Positions 52,701 through 64,000 of a stretch of DNA of 64,000 bases are shown piece after piece. Numbering within the stretch: position 1 is the stretch's first letter; each line of letters opens with the position of its first letter. The translations under genes and the position numbers were made by a program. Source of the DNA: Amphiscolops sp. MND2022 (Eukaryota); assembly GCA_964187785.1 (NCBI GenBank), contig OZ076413.1:43898001-43962000 (forward strand). Reading direction: 5' to 3'. Under the pieces are notes generated by a model that worked only from the letters and a program-made list of their open reading frames with translations, was not told the origin of the DNA and searched no databases.

Positions 52701-53125
52701 TTGGCGCTGACTTGACGTTTTCGACGCTTTGCTGCTTGAAGCTTTGTCAGACTTGGTCTTCACGGTGGCAGCTTTGACTGAAGTTTGCGAAGAATTATCT
52801 GTTTTGGGACATTTATCGATATATTCCCTTGCGCTTCTCAAAATTTCATCATTTTGTATACTCGTGACGTTCAACCATTTCTCTAAGTCCGCGGTGACAG
52901 TTGCCGGGTCGTTGGTTCTCTTGGCAAGCTCGAGTAGCTGTTCGTTCTTAGCGAAAGCCTTTGTCATAGCCTCTTCGCAAGAAGTGACCAACCGTTCGAC
53001 GCGGACGCGTCTATCGGCATTGTTTACTGCTTCTGTCACGTCCTTTTGATATCTGTTCAAGTCAGCCTCGGCTTTCGCGCGACTGTCATACAACTTTTGC
53101 AACTTTTCATGAATGGGTCAGACAT
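46725..53125 (-). CDS. BEL/Pao gag-pol polyprotein (~2130 aa), interrupted by four single-base frameshifts
   Basis: Coiled-coil and Pro/Thr-rich N-terminus; DUF1759-type LAQYNGDPIQWHEW; three Cys/His knuckles; protease LCDSACS; RT YMDD; RNase H LHMFGDSS; integrase HHCC, GIDYFGP, SDNGTSF, GGVWE; DUF5641-type tail. Confidence 0.93.
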
Positions 53126-53535
53126 TACGTTGTCAAAATTAGGGAATCGGGTTACTTTGCAGACGTCAACCAAACAATTAAGTTTGGACATAGTTCAGGA
53201 AAAAGTTTGGTGGCAGAAAGAACGGTGATTATCGGTGACAACACTGTTTCTACAGCGCTTCAACGAAGAAACTGGCAATTTTTTGTTTTGAGTTAAAAGT
53301 AGTCACAGACTACGAGGACGGAACACGATAAACTCAAAGTCGCGTCGACTCAACGCGGTCTCAGTTGACGGTGGTGCGGGTGAGGGACGAAACGTTTTTT
53401 CAGAGTATCAACCAGTCAGTCAAGACTGGACACAACTCTGAAAAAAGAAGGAAGAGCTGAAAAAACTTCAACCGATCAGTGAAGTTCGGACACTGTCTCA
53501 ACAGCTGGAAGGAGCGGGGGGGTTGTTAACTGAGA

Positions 53536-54144
53536 TTAAAAAGAGGCAGCGGCTCTCTTAGCAGCGTTCCGGGCACGCTTACTTGGCCGTTTGGGTCGGC
53601 TTTTATCAGTTATTGAGGACAGTTCGTTCTCATTACGGAGCAGAAAGTACAAATTTTTCAGTTCAAGCTCAGGGCTCTGATGCAGTGCTTTAAATTTTTT
53701 CAAAAGGTCGGCATCCTTCTGTTTTTTCAGGGAAATAAAGTCTTTGACTATATCGAATACTTTGATATCAAGATCGGTTTCCAATGTTTTCAATGATTCA
53801 AAGATCTCGGGGGTACGAAAGCGGTGGCAATACACCAGAGCACTGAGTTTTTTCTGAATGTTTTTCAAAATTTCAATCAATTCTGACACTGATAACGCAC
53901 AAAAGTTATTACTATGATGTCGGGAAATGCTGTTATTTAGGACATCGTGCCAAATGACAATGTTGGTTTTATCTTTCAAATCTTTCGAAAGTAAATTTTG
54001 AACAATTTTTCTGGGTTTTTTTGTGTTCGGATTAAGACTTAGGCCCGGGATGGTAATGGATTTTTCTTTAAAATGTTCCTTTTCGTCGGGGGTTAAAGTT
54101 TCTAATGCATGGTGTGAGGAACTAGCGGCCAAAATGAAAACCAT
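53536..54144 (-). CDS. Accessory ORF in the BEL leader, SGNH/GDSL-fold-like, with a basic C-terminal tail
   Basis: Intact 202-aa ATG ORF in the same sense as gag. Blocks FILAASS, IPGL, IVIWHDVLNN and ALHQS are spaced like SGNH blocks I, II, III and V. Confidence 0.6.
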   Translation of the reverse strand: MVFILAASSSHHALETLTPDEKEHFKEKSITIPGLSLNPNTKKPRKIVQNLLSKDLKDKTNIVIWHDVLNNSISRHHSNNFCALSVSELIEILKNIQKKLSALVYCHRFRTPEIFESLKTLETDLDIKVFDIVKDFISLKKQKDADLLKKFKALHQSPELELKNLYFLLRNENELSSITDKSRPKRPSKRARNAAKRAAASF

Positions 54145-54945
54145 AGAGAGTTGTCTAATACCGTTCCAGATCTTTCTCGTAACAAATATGTTGATTTTTT
54201 CAAGAATCCCCCGACAAACGGGTTGGGGTTCTTACTTTTTTATCAAGACTATCATTCAAAAAGAGAGTTTTTTGCGGGGAAAACAACTGAAATTTTATTT
54301 CAAGAAAGAATGTTTGGCAAACGATTCGTCCCGTTAGGTTTCAAAAAAAATAGGGACTTGCTATCTCGAAGCAATAAAATGAATAAGTGCTACGTTTTTG
54401 AAGTTTTTTACGTTACTCACAACCAGAGGTGCTCCACTCATCTACGGTTCGGGGGCTCCTCGGTGGTCCTTATGGATCATAACAATAGCACTGCTTCACT
54501 CCCTATCAGGCCCGCCATTGGCATCTCTACTCTGAGAAGTCATATCGTCGACAGTTGTTCAAGAATGATGTTCGAATGTTGCCAATAAACAGTTTGAAAA
54601 TGACTCCAATTAGGTCATATGAAATTTATTTGAATACTGAATTGTAATTTGCTGTTTGTTCACTAATTGATCAATACAGTGTAATGGATCAAAGAAATAA
54701 TGTACAGGTGTCGAATACAACGTTCAACAATATGAATCAGTCATGAGTTCGAATGATAACAGGATCAACTTCATGGAATCCGACAATGAAAATTTTTTGA
54801 AGTTGTGACTGCCCTTCAATAAAGTGGGCGCGTCAACGTCCTCGTGAGGATAGTCGTTTTCTTCATCGTGGGACACAAGCTAATTTGTGCGAAGGGGGTA
54901 GGAAAAGTTCAGATTGTGCTCGGAGGCAATTACCAAGTAAACGAA

Positions 54946-54967
54946 TCGAGCCTCTCTATGGCCACCA
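54946..54967 (-). promoter_or_regulatory. Primer-binding site of the BEL element
   Basis: TGGTGGCCATAGAGAGGCTCGA directly follows the 5' LTR and is the complement of a tRNA 3' end (TCGAGC-CTCTC-TATGGCC-A-CCA). Confidence 0.85.
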
Positions 54968-55364
54968 TAAAATAGCTGTAGTCTCGGAGCAATTCTACAG
55001 ATCGTTTTGCAAAAGACTTTAAGAAATGAATGGTATATTTCGAACCTTTCTGTTTCATCGAACACAACACAATAGAACAATGATAAAGCTGTATAAATTA
55101 ACGAAACTGACAAAGGCACAAAGGTTGTTTACAAATATTATCAAACATTAATTAAAGTTTCGAGATAGCAAGGTCAAAGTTTCGTATATATTATTTCAAA
55201 AAGTATTTTAGTCGAAAACGGTATTTTAGTATTTTTACCAAAGGTTCGCAGATTCCGGGAATCGAACTCCGGACCTTTGGAATAGGAACCGAACGCACTA
55301 ACCTATTTCGCCATAGCGCCTTGAGATTAGTTTGTTTTAATCCAATCATATTGTGTACACAACA
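54968..55364 (-). repeat. 5' LTR of the BEL element
   Basis: Direct repeat of 46167-46564. I noticed one substitution and one 1-bp indel. Confidence 0.95.
55248..55320 (-). ncRNA. tRNA-like sequence (A and B boxes) inside the 5' LTR
   Basis: Same cassette as 46448-46520. Confidence 0.65.
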
Positions 55365-56829
55365 ATGAGTTTGTTGCCAAAGTATATCCAAACATTCCCG
55401 CACCTCCTAGGACAGGTCTTATACAAGAAAGAAGAATCACAACAATTGCGATGAAGTCTGTAGTTTTTTTATTTCTTTTTTCTCTGTGTCTCTCCAACGC
55501 TCGTAGTTTTCCTGCATTTTTCGAATCCTCTCAACAAAGCCGCAATATTCTTCTGCCCTTTCTCTATTGGCACTCGGAAAACAAATGAACTGACCGGAGA
55601 CCTTGAAAACGGTATTAACAGTATTTGTTTTTCAACTTGGCGTTTTTCTAGTACACAACAATCCAAGAGTTATTTCGAATTGAAATCAATTGGTAGCGAA
55701 AATATTACCAACAAATAATAGCAGTCCTCAATCAAATCTCCCTCTGAAAACTTGTAAATCTCTGAAATAATGTTACAGTAACACACAATGGATTAAAGTC
55801 AAAAATTGATCAGTTTAAAAGGACAAATAAAAATGTTTTATAAAAAATATTTTCTTGATCAAAAATTCAATACAATACCACAAAATCTGTCGGATACCAA
55901 GCTTGTTTACAACATAATAGAATCAATCTTGTGATACGTTGATCAATCGTCTTCGGAGAAAAAAACAGTAAAAGAACTGAGAGTGAATACAAAACAAATA
56001 AACTAAAGCAAGCAGTGAAACGAATGGTAGATTGTTTCAATTGTGAAACAATGATTTTTGCTTTGAGGAATAGAATTATAGACAATTTTCCAAATAGGGC
56101 AACAAATCTGACCAATAAAACAGGATCCTTGGAACCAAGAAGGTCCAACATCAGCATTGCCCATTACAGCGTGATGTAAAACCTTTGTATCTACTAAACA
56201 ACACAGCATCAGAGCACCCTGACTAGCAAGTTAGTGACTTCACATTCAACCAAGGAGAACATCTTTGATAATCAGTATTCGTTTTTCCAGTTAAATAAAT
56301 ATCAGAAAACGACAAGTTGTGTGAATGGAAAATTTTCAACAAAAACTGTTTTTTCAAAAACAAACTTTCAAACAATTTATTTTAAATTTGGTATGTCGCA
56401 TAATGCTGAGGGTCGTCGAGCGGAGCTTCTCGCGAAACGTTGTTTTACTGCTACAAATCAAAAAAGGACTCTGAAAAAATCTCTGGAAAATTTGCGTTTG
56501 GTTTCGAGCACATACAATCAATGTTTTTGATGATGCGCTACCATGTGACCAAACATATTTTCTAACTTTGGAAGGCATTTGCATACCAAGAAAAAAATGT
56601 TAACATTAAAATTGTCGATGAAACGAAAAAAAAACAATGGACATTTCGATTTATACGCACGCGATGCACAAAAATAAAACGGAAGCGTGTTTTTTAATCT
56701 CAAACGTAACGGAAACACATTTTCAACCTGAAAAAAAAATGAATGAGATATTATTTCAAACATGGTTTTCACTTCGACGCTAGAAAAACATGATATTCTT
56801 CATTATTGTGATTTGAAATCGTAATCCGT

Positions 56830-57322
56830 AGTTCGTCAACTGTTTCTTTAAGACTTTGCGGTTACCGGACGGAAAAATTTCAGTATAAACCTTTGATCGG
56901 AACCTAACCCTCAAAGAACCCGGACTTGGGTTTTCGAGCGACCCAACACAGTTTTACCATGTAAATTTAAAAAAAAACAAAGTCATGTGCTGGGTTGGTA
57001 TTTTCAACAAAAAAATCTTTGCAACCCATTGGTTTGTGGACTCCAACAATCGACCTTTTAATCAGGTTACTGTTAACCAGGAAGTTTACCTGAAAATGCT
57101 GGAGGAGTGGCCACTTCCAAAGCTGAAAAGTGAACGTTATTACAGAAGAATGTGGTTCCAACAAAATGTGGCGCCTAGTTACACCGGTGAAATTGTTGTG
57201 GATTATTTAAGAAACGCCTTTGGAGATCGGATAGTAAGCAGGTCAGGATAGTGGGCAGGATAACACAGGTCAGGTGTTCCATGGCCAGCGCAAAGTCCGG
57301 ATTTAAATCCACTGGATTCATA
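56830..57322 (+). mobile_element. Tc1/mariner-superfamily transposase fragment
   Basis: VMCWVGI, VNQEVYLKML, MWFQQNVAPSY and WPAQSPDLNPLD motifs. Truncated by the adjacent repeat. Confidence 0.85.
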
Positions 57323-57326
57323 ACTC

Positions 57327-57650
57327 AGGTTCATAACAGATTCAGCCAGGAGGAGTTTCTGGGAGGCTTCCTCAAGGTTCAGGTTTCTGGGGAACATTTG
57401 TGAGTTTTAGGTTAACATCTTCAGGGTCGGGTTCGATTCGCCATTACTTGGGAGGGGCACAACCCGTGGCTTTTTGACTATGTGTTTCTGATATTGTTGA
57501 CATTCTTGCTTCTTCTTGTTTGCTATGTCCCCGCGTGCTCTCGTTTCTTGTTCATTTTCCCGCATCAGCTAGGTCGGCCATTTTTATTGAACAATATCGA
57601 TATCGCACATTTCGAATTTCTCATTGAAATTTTAACATGTCGTGCTTGAC
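57327..57650. repeat. ~320-bp dispersed direct repeat, copy 1
   Basis: Near-identical to 60500-60818. Confidence 0.85.
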
Positions 57651-59077
57651 CTTACATCCTCCCCGGGTCGTAGTTTGACATCCTCGACAAACGAGAGTGG
57701 ACGTTCACATCTTGGTGGTCATCATCCAGGGTTACTGTTTCAACAAAATGCTATTTCAGGAACCCAAACAAAAGTTGCAGCCCAAAAAGAAGTTACTGCT
57801 CAAAAACATGTTACTGCCTAAAAACATGTTAATGCCAAAAACATGATTTTTTGCCATCCCAGCAGGCTTCCTTGGATTCCACATCCACGATGGGTTCTTG
57901 CACTGGAAAAGTACGTGCAACTTTAGACACATAGCATTGTATTCAAAACGTTTTCAAACTTTTAATATCGCACCAAAATTACTAGCACTTTGTGTTACCG
58001 AATCAGTATAAATATAAAAAGCACTCATCACAACAGGTTTGCCATTGGCCGGGGCCCACCTGGTAGGTTAGGTTCTACAAAATGCAAGAAAGCACTTGAA
58101 AAGCAAAAGATAAAAGTAACAGCTGTGGTCTTGCAAAAGTGTCGTAGTTCATGGCCAACAGAAACTGCACAATTTATAGCACCAATGGGAAAACAGAGCT
58201 CAAAAACACAAAATATCACCAAAAGTGAGGACCTATTCAGTCTATTGTAATAGCAGTGTACGCTCAGATAAAAACAACGTCTAAGCTAGTATAAGCACCA
58301 GTGTATATGTAAGAGATGGAAATAAACTGCTTCTCAAGAGGATGATTATGTCGATAGCGATGAATAGAGCAGATCCAATAGAAATTAAAATTCAGGCATG
58401 ATAGATCATGAAAACAGTCTTGGGCATTAAAACAAAGTCCAAGACAATCATTGGAGTTTTAAAAGCACGGCCGCTGGCCAAGCAGTCCTCAGAGCTTCTG
58501 AGCTCCAGGTGTTTTATCATGCTTGGTGTTGATTTCTCTCGGGAGAGTACAAGTACTCACCGGGCCAATCTTTCCTCCGGTGTTTTCACATCGACATGGT
58601 TCGCACAATTGTGGTAGCGAGAATCAAGGAACACCTTAGGCATGAATTGAGCAACCAACACTGATTTTTTGAGAAGCCTGCTTGGTTACAGTTGCTAGAT
58701 TGTCTGAATACTCTGTGTGTCACTCACGCTGCCCTGTTTCTGGGGAACATAAATGAGAGCGTAAATGTGATCGAGGACTGGGAATAGGCCTTGGGGTGAG
58801 TAGGAGAAGGGACACTGAGTTTGAAAGGATTTCGTACCTTACGATTGTAGTACGATCAGAAAAAGCGATCTTTCTCAACTATGGTAGTCACAACTGTACT
58901 TGTTGTTCTGCTTTGAAACGCACTGCGTTCAAACTCTGAACCTCTAAAAGTGCCTATAAACAAGCTCCACACCCACAGGATACAATGGGCAGCAAGCATG
59001 CGTGTTCTCAACGAATAATTTGCACTTAGGTGACTTTGATAGCAGTCAGAGGGCGAATTTTGATTTTTGGTTTTTCA

Positions 59078-59137
59078 CCTCTATGTCTCGTAGACCGTTT
59101 TCTCAGAGCCCTCTATGTCTCGTAGACCGTTTTCTCA
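59078..59137. repeat. Tandem duplication of cctctatgtctcgtagaccgttttctca
   Basis: Two exact 28-bp copies with a 32-bp period. Confidence 0.8.
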
Positions 59138-60499
59138 ATTATTAGTTTTGTTTTTATACCGCTCAGGTCTATGTATAACAAAAGAAAAGCAAGGGTTTTA
59201 TTCATCTTGGGGAAGGTTAAACAACGTCCTGGCAGTAGTGTTTTGTACTACTAGGCTCGCCAAAGAGGTTTATGGGCTGCTCTAGAAGCTTGGGAACAAA
59301 CGCATAAGGCTTCGCCCTCACAAAATTTGATCAAAATGGCCAAGTTTGACAATTTTTTAACAAAAAATGCGAAATTTTTCGCGTTTTTCACGAGTTAGCC
59401 CAACAGAAGGCTTTGTTCCTGACCACCTAGTAGGTCTGTTGGAACACTTTTTAGTATTCCCACTGGCCGTATCTTTTTCTACTAAATTTTGACTTTCAAA
59501 ATCGGTAAAATCGAAATTTGAGCTATATATGGTGTTATTTCAAAGTTTTCGCGCTCAATTTTTTAACAACCGTTTCGAACACCCACTGGGTATTCTTTCC
59601 AGTTAGCTTACGTGGAGTTAAGCCTGTGAATATGCTTTTTGGGCTGTTAATGAGCGAAAATTGGGGATGTAACCCGATTGACGTGCGGGTGCTGCAATCA
59701 TAGGGGTGTGGGATATGTGGACGTGTAGGACGTCACGTCTTCGTGTCAGCTAGCGTGAACCTTCACTGCACGTCCTCTCTGTCCCCATAAGTTGCAGATT
59801 TGCTGAAATGAGGCTACAGAACTCTTTAAAACCAGTTCCGGATAGGCGGGATTAATTTTTTCAACAGGTAAAACAAAGGCTAAAGGGGTACACTGTTTGA
59901 AACCGTCTATTTCTCGTTCCAGACCTCGGAAACATGGAGGAAACGGGGGAATTCCATTAGAAGAAGGCCTAGTAGGCTCGAAAAAAGCAATAAAAATAAT
60001 CTAGGACTCTCGTATAACTTTTTCTAGATCTGGACCCTCCGGGGCCGGAAAGCGGAAGTTGCTCCTAGTCGGACGCTAAAATGAAAAATATCCCTCTGTG
60101 GTCGCCATAAAAACTAGATGTAATTCCAGATGTAACGTCCGGCTAGCAGCACACATCTAGGACGCGGGGCAATGCCTAGGGTGCTTAAACAGGAGACCGT
60201 TGTCTAACTACAGCCCTAGACATTAGGTTTCTCCCAAAATGGTCTCCTAGGGGTAATTTTCTGACGTCTAAGGTGGCTCCTTTAGTTAGAGCTCCGAGGC
60301 GACGCGCCGGCACTCTCAAAGTCCGGACACGCCCCACAAGCCAGTAAAAACAATCCTAAAGTTTCCTGCGACTTCCTACATACTTCCGAGGTCCAACAAC
60401 AGTGGTTTAGCTAGAAAACATCAATTTGGGGATAACGTCTAAAATATACCAAATACCGACCTAATAGGTCTGACATTAATAAATACCCAAACTTCAGAC

Positions 60500-60818
60500 A
60501 GGTTCATAACAGATTCAGCCAGGAGGAGTTTCTGGGAGGCTTCCTCAAGGTTCAGGTTCCTGGGGAACATTTGAGAGTTTTGGGTTAACATCTTCGGGTT
60601 CGATTCGCCATTCCTTGGGAGGGGCACAACCCGTGGCTTTTTGACTATGTGTTTCTGATATTGTTGACATTCTTGCTTCTTCTTGTTTGCTATGTCCCCG
60701 CGTGCTCTCGTTTCTTGTTCATTTTCCCGCATCAGCTAGGTCGGCCATTTTTATTGAACAATATCGATATCGCACATTTCGAATTTTTCGTCGAAATTTA
60801 AACTTGTCGGTGCTTGAC
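60500..60818. repeat. ~320-bp dispersed direct repeat, copy 2
   Basis: Near-identical to 57327-57650. Confidence 0.85.
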
Positions 60819-61807
60819 ATTACACTGGAAAGGTTTTTTAAAGATATTTTCTCAAAAAAAATTTACGAGACGAATTTTTTTTGAGTTTATATTCAGCGAA
60901 ATTTCAGCTCAGAAACCTGCCAAACTTTCAACGAAAACTTTGCACTCTTTCGAGTTCACATTTCAGAGATGAGGGAGTTCACATTTCGAAAATCCGAAAG
61001 TTTGAAATTTCTCATATATTTTTTGCGAAAATTCGAAATATTGTTTGGCAGAAATCAGGATCTTGCCCTACTTTTTACGAAAGTATGATATCGGTATCTG
61101 CTCTCCATTTGAGACAATTTTCAAAACAATTTGGAAAAGTTGATAAATGTCACGAAATACGCGATAAAAAATTCCGAGAATTGAATAAACATTTTCCAAT
61201 TTTTGATCACCAAATTCTCGGTAAAAAAATTCGTTGAATAACGGACAGAAATGTACGAAAAACAAGCTGTCGATTCGGCTTTGCTATTAGTGAAATAACG
61301 AAAGTCGGCGAAAACCGACAAAAGTTTAAACCATTTGTTTTCGAAGCTTATCAATCTGCGATGGCCGGAAGTTTGTCATAAATGTTATTTGGTTAAAAAA
61401 GCATTCAATTGCAAAACAATTAGCGGCAATACGGCTGATCTGGGATGAAAAGGTTTCTAGAAAATCAATTTTAGAGTTTACAAATCCAGAGTTTCAAAAA
61501 CTTAAACGTTGTTGATGAGACAAAAATGTGAAAAGTTACGCTACGATTGGACGACGTTTTTTGGTTATGGTCTTCCATGAGAATTATCCTATTGTGTTCC
61601 AATTAGATAGAAACAAAACGTTTGACGTCATTTCAAAACGAGGCCGAAAAGGTCTTGAGCTGTGCGGTTTTAGTTGAACGACATGCATCAAATAGCTATA
61701 CACGTGATCAAATAGCTAGTGGACAAGTTGGCTTTGTTCTCCGCATAGACATCGACTCTATTGCTAATGTCGTTGTGTTCAAAATGACGGTTTCAGAGGT
61801 CCTGATG

Positions 61808-64000
61808 AACAAGACGCCCGCTGACCAGCGAGATATTTTCCGCCCCGAACTGTTCTACAACTACATAAATTTGAGGCTCAAGAATAACTAATGCACTATA
61901 AAAACGCTAATAAGTTCGATGAAAAGAAAGCTTCGATTCATCTTTGCCCAGTTTTGAAGGAAACACGTTTATTTTAGTATTTCTGCGATAGTTGGCCAGT
62001 TTTCGTATTTTCGGCACTATGCGACTTAGCGAGTGAAATTTTTCGTTTTTTTCGAAGTTAATTTTCGAAAAATAATATTTTTTTTTACAATTTTTAGTTT
62101 TTGAGGTTTTCTGTGAAGGAAATAAGTTTCCCGAGTCTTACGGGTGACCTCTTTGTTATTTTTAATCATGTCGAACTGATGATGTTTCTTATTGACTGCT
62201 GAAAATCAATCTCTTCCCAAAATTTTCATTTGATCGAAGCGTACCCCCTTGATTTCGTAGCTGATTTCGGCATTGAAAAAGGTAGTTTGTGAGCTAAACT
62301 TGTTCCGCTTTCATAAGATTTTACCGAAAAAAAATCAAAAATAAGGCGTTCTGGAAATCCTGTTGAAAAAAAGTGGTTTCCGAGTATCAGGAGTATTTAT
62401 TGGTATTATTTTTGGCACTGAGAAAATGGTATAGGCTTGAAACTGGGTGGTCATTTGCAAGTTTAAGAAACTTGAGCGTTCCCAGGTTGATATATTTTTG
62501 CACATAGTTCCACCAAAAAAGTCAAAAACTGGAATTATTTCCGACAACTTCGGGATCAATTTAAGGAACTTTTCTAACATGAATCTACAGATGTCTCTTC
62601 ACAAATAGCCCTACTGGACACCGAGTTTATTTGTTGTTTAATGCTTACACCCTTCTAACCCACGATATAGCTTGAAACATTTTCTTTTGGAAGGTGTTCT
62701 CCATATCTAGTGTTTTTGCTTGGAGCTTATTCAAAAGTTAAATACTTGACGAATATGGTCGAAGTGCACGTTTTCAAGTATAGTTTTTGAAAGTTGAGCG
62801 AATAATCTTGTCTGACATCTTCTTGAAACACCACCGGTAGCTAAACGTTTCAATCCTGAGCCATGAGTTTTCTGATTGAAGTAAGATTTCGGAAAGGGTC
62901 TAAAATTGGGACTATGTTGTCGAAAATTGAGGAAAATTGGAACTTTTGACACTTTTGTTGTAAACTCGACTAATTTCATCCTACGTTTTCCCCAAATTGC
63001 GTTGTGAATATCCTTTTGTTTCAACGCTCGAGTCAATGGAAATTCTATTCCACAAAAATGTTCATGGTTTGAACAAAAATTAAGAAAAACTTGTGAAAAA
63101 AACGTGCGTTTTTGTTGTTGAATGGACTTTGGGGTGCTTTGAGACCAATTCCAACCAAAAATTGCAATTATATCTTCAAAATAGCCTACTGGATACCAGG
63201 ATTAGTCCTTGTTGACATTGTTGATTTCTTAAAAATTTTTTATGCAGCTCAATAATTGTGCAAAAACGGCCTAAAAATGTAAAAACATGAAAATTCTCTT
63301 TTTGCATCATTTGGGTCTTTCTGAGGAAACTCTCCGGGACAAAAGATGGAAGTTTCTCTTTTAAAACGTGCTGTGGATCTAATTTTGTCATCTAGAGCTA
63401 TGCGAAGCTATTATTTTACATTTTGCCAATCTCAACAAAATTCACTGAAACGCGGAAATCAGCAAAACTCTGATTTTTTTTTGACTTTTTGCGGTCAGCT
63501 TTAGCCATTTTTCAACCGAAGTCTGCAAATATTTCTCTAAGGGCCGACTGAATTAAGGATTCAATCTTTGTTGAACGTTTGCCACCGTTCTGAATCCAAA
63601 ACGCTTCAAAATGTAGACATAGGCTGCTTAAAAACGATGATGTTGAAAGCAAAAAAATGTTGGTGTTTTTGAAGCAAAACGCTGCAACGTTCTCTTCAAA
63701 AAATGTATTGCATAACTCGTTCTTTCGTTGTTGAGCGTTATGGAACTATTAACGAAGACTCTCGGGAATTGTACGGAAATTGCATGAAAACGACAAAAAC
63801 TTCGATTTTTTCGGCTATTTCAAGGTCAATTTTAAGCATTTTTGATTCAGAAATTGATCTTATCTGTTGTCGAAAGCTTACAGAGACAACTTTTTTTTCA
63901 TTGATTAGGGGTTTTAACATTCTAGTTCACAAAGTCTGTCGATAGTGTGGCAATAATTGAACAAAAATGATGAAAATGGAAAAATTTTGAAATTTTTCCT
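61808..64000 (-). mobile_element. Large HINE-like element, copy B; right end lies outside the window
   Basis: Starts aacaag, then hairpin cgctg-ac-cagcg and subterminal ttttccgccc, then aligns with window positions 1-~1950. Confidence 0.6.

Larger units (their letters stand above)
46167..55364 (-). mobile_element. Full-length BEL/Pao LTR retrotransposon (~9.2 kb)
   Basis: Near-identical LTRs at 46167-46564 and 54968-55364. 5-bp TSD ATGAG (46162-46166, 55365-55369). PBS and PPT present. Domain order gag-PR-RT-RH-IN. Confidence 0.97.

Noticed and set aside
54151..54588. 145-aa plus-strand ORF in the BEL leader
   Set aside because: It has a TTG start, is antisense to the element and shows no recognisable motif.
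58557..58680. Possible minus-strand exon (MPKVFLDSRYHNCANHVDVKTPEKDWP|gtgagt)
   Set aside because: No recognisable homology and no partner exons could be identified.

Overview
This is AT-rich, repeat-dense eukaryotic (animal-like) genomic DNA. It holds two spliced protein-coding genes, both on the minus strand. EXOC1/Sec3 (exocyst component 1) has 7 exons visible at 11497->4113, and its 3' part presumably runs off the left edge. NPHP4 (nephrocystin-4) appears complete, with 8 exons at 42101->24812 and about 1380 aa. Much of the rest is transposable element sequence: a full-length young BEL/Pao LTR retrotransposon (46167-55364, ATGAG TSD), a deleted LTR element in NPHP4 intron 4 (33875-37975, CACTT TSD), a hAT derivative with an 8-bp TSD nested in a decayed CRE-like non-LTR element, Helentron/DINE-1-like non-autonomous elements, MITEs, and LINE, Gypsy and Tc1 relics. 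Two things stand out. (1) Several NPHP4 introns have complementary ends (11-13 bp stems joining donor and acceptor regions), and the best-fitting gene model needs non-GT donors (CAG|GG twice, CAG|GC once) at exactly such introns. (2) The BEL element has a tRNA-like Pol III cassette in both LTRs, TG...TA termini, and an extra SGNH-like ORF upstream of gag. All protein comparisons are from memory of the families, and no database search was run.
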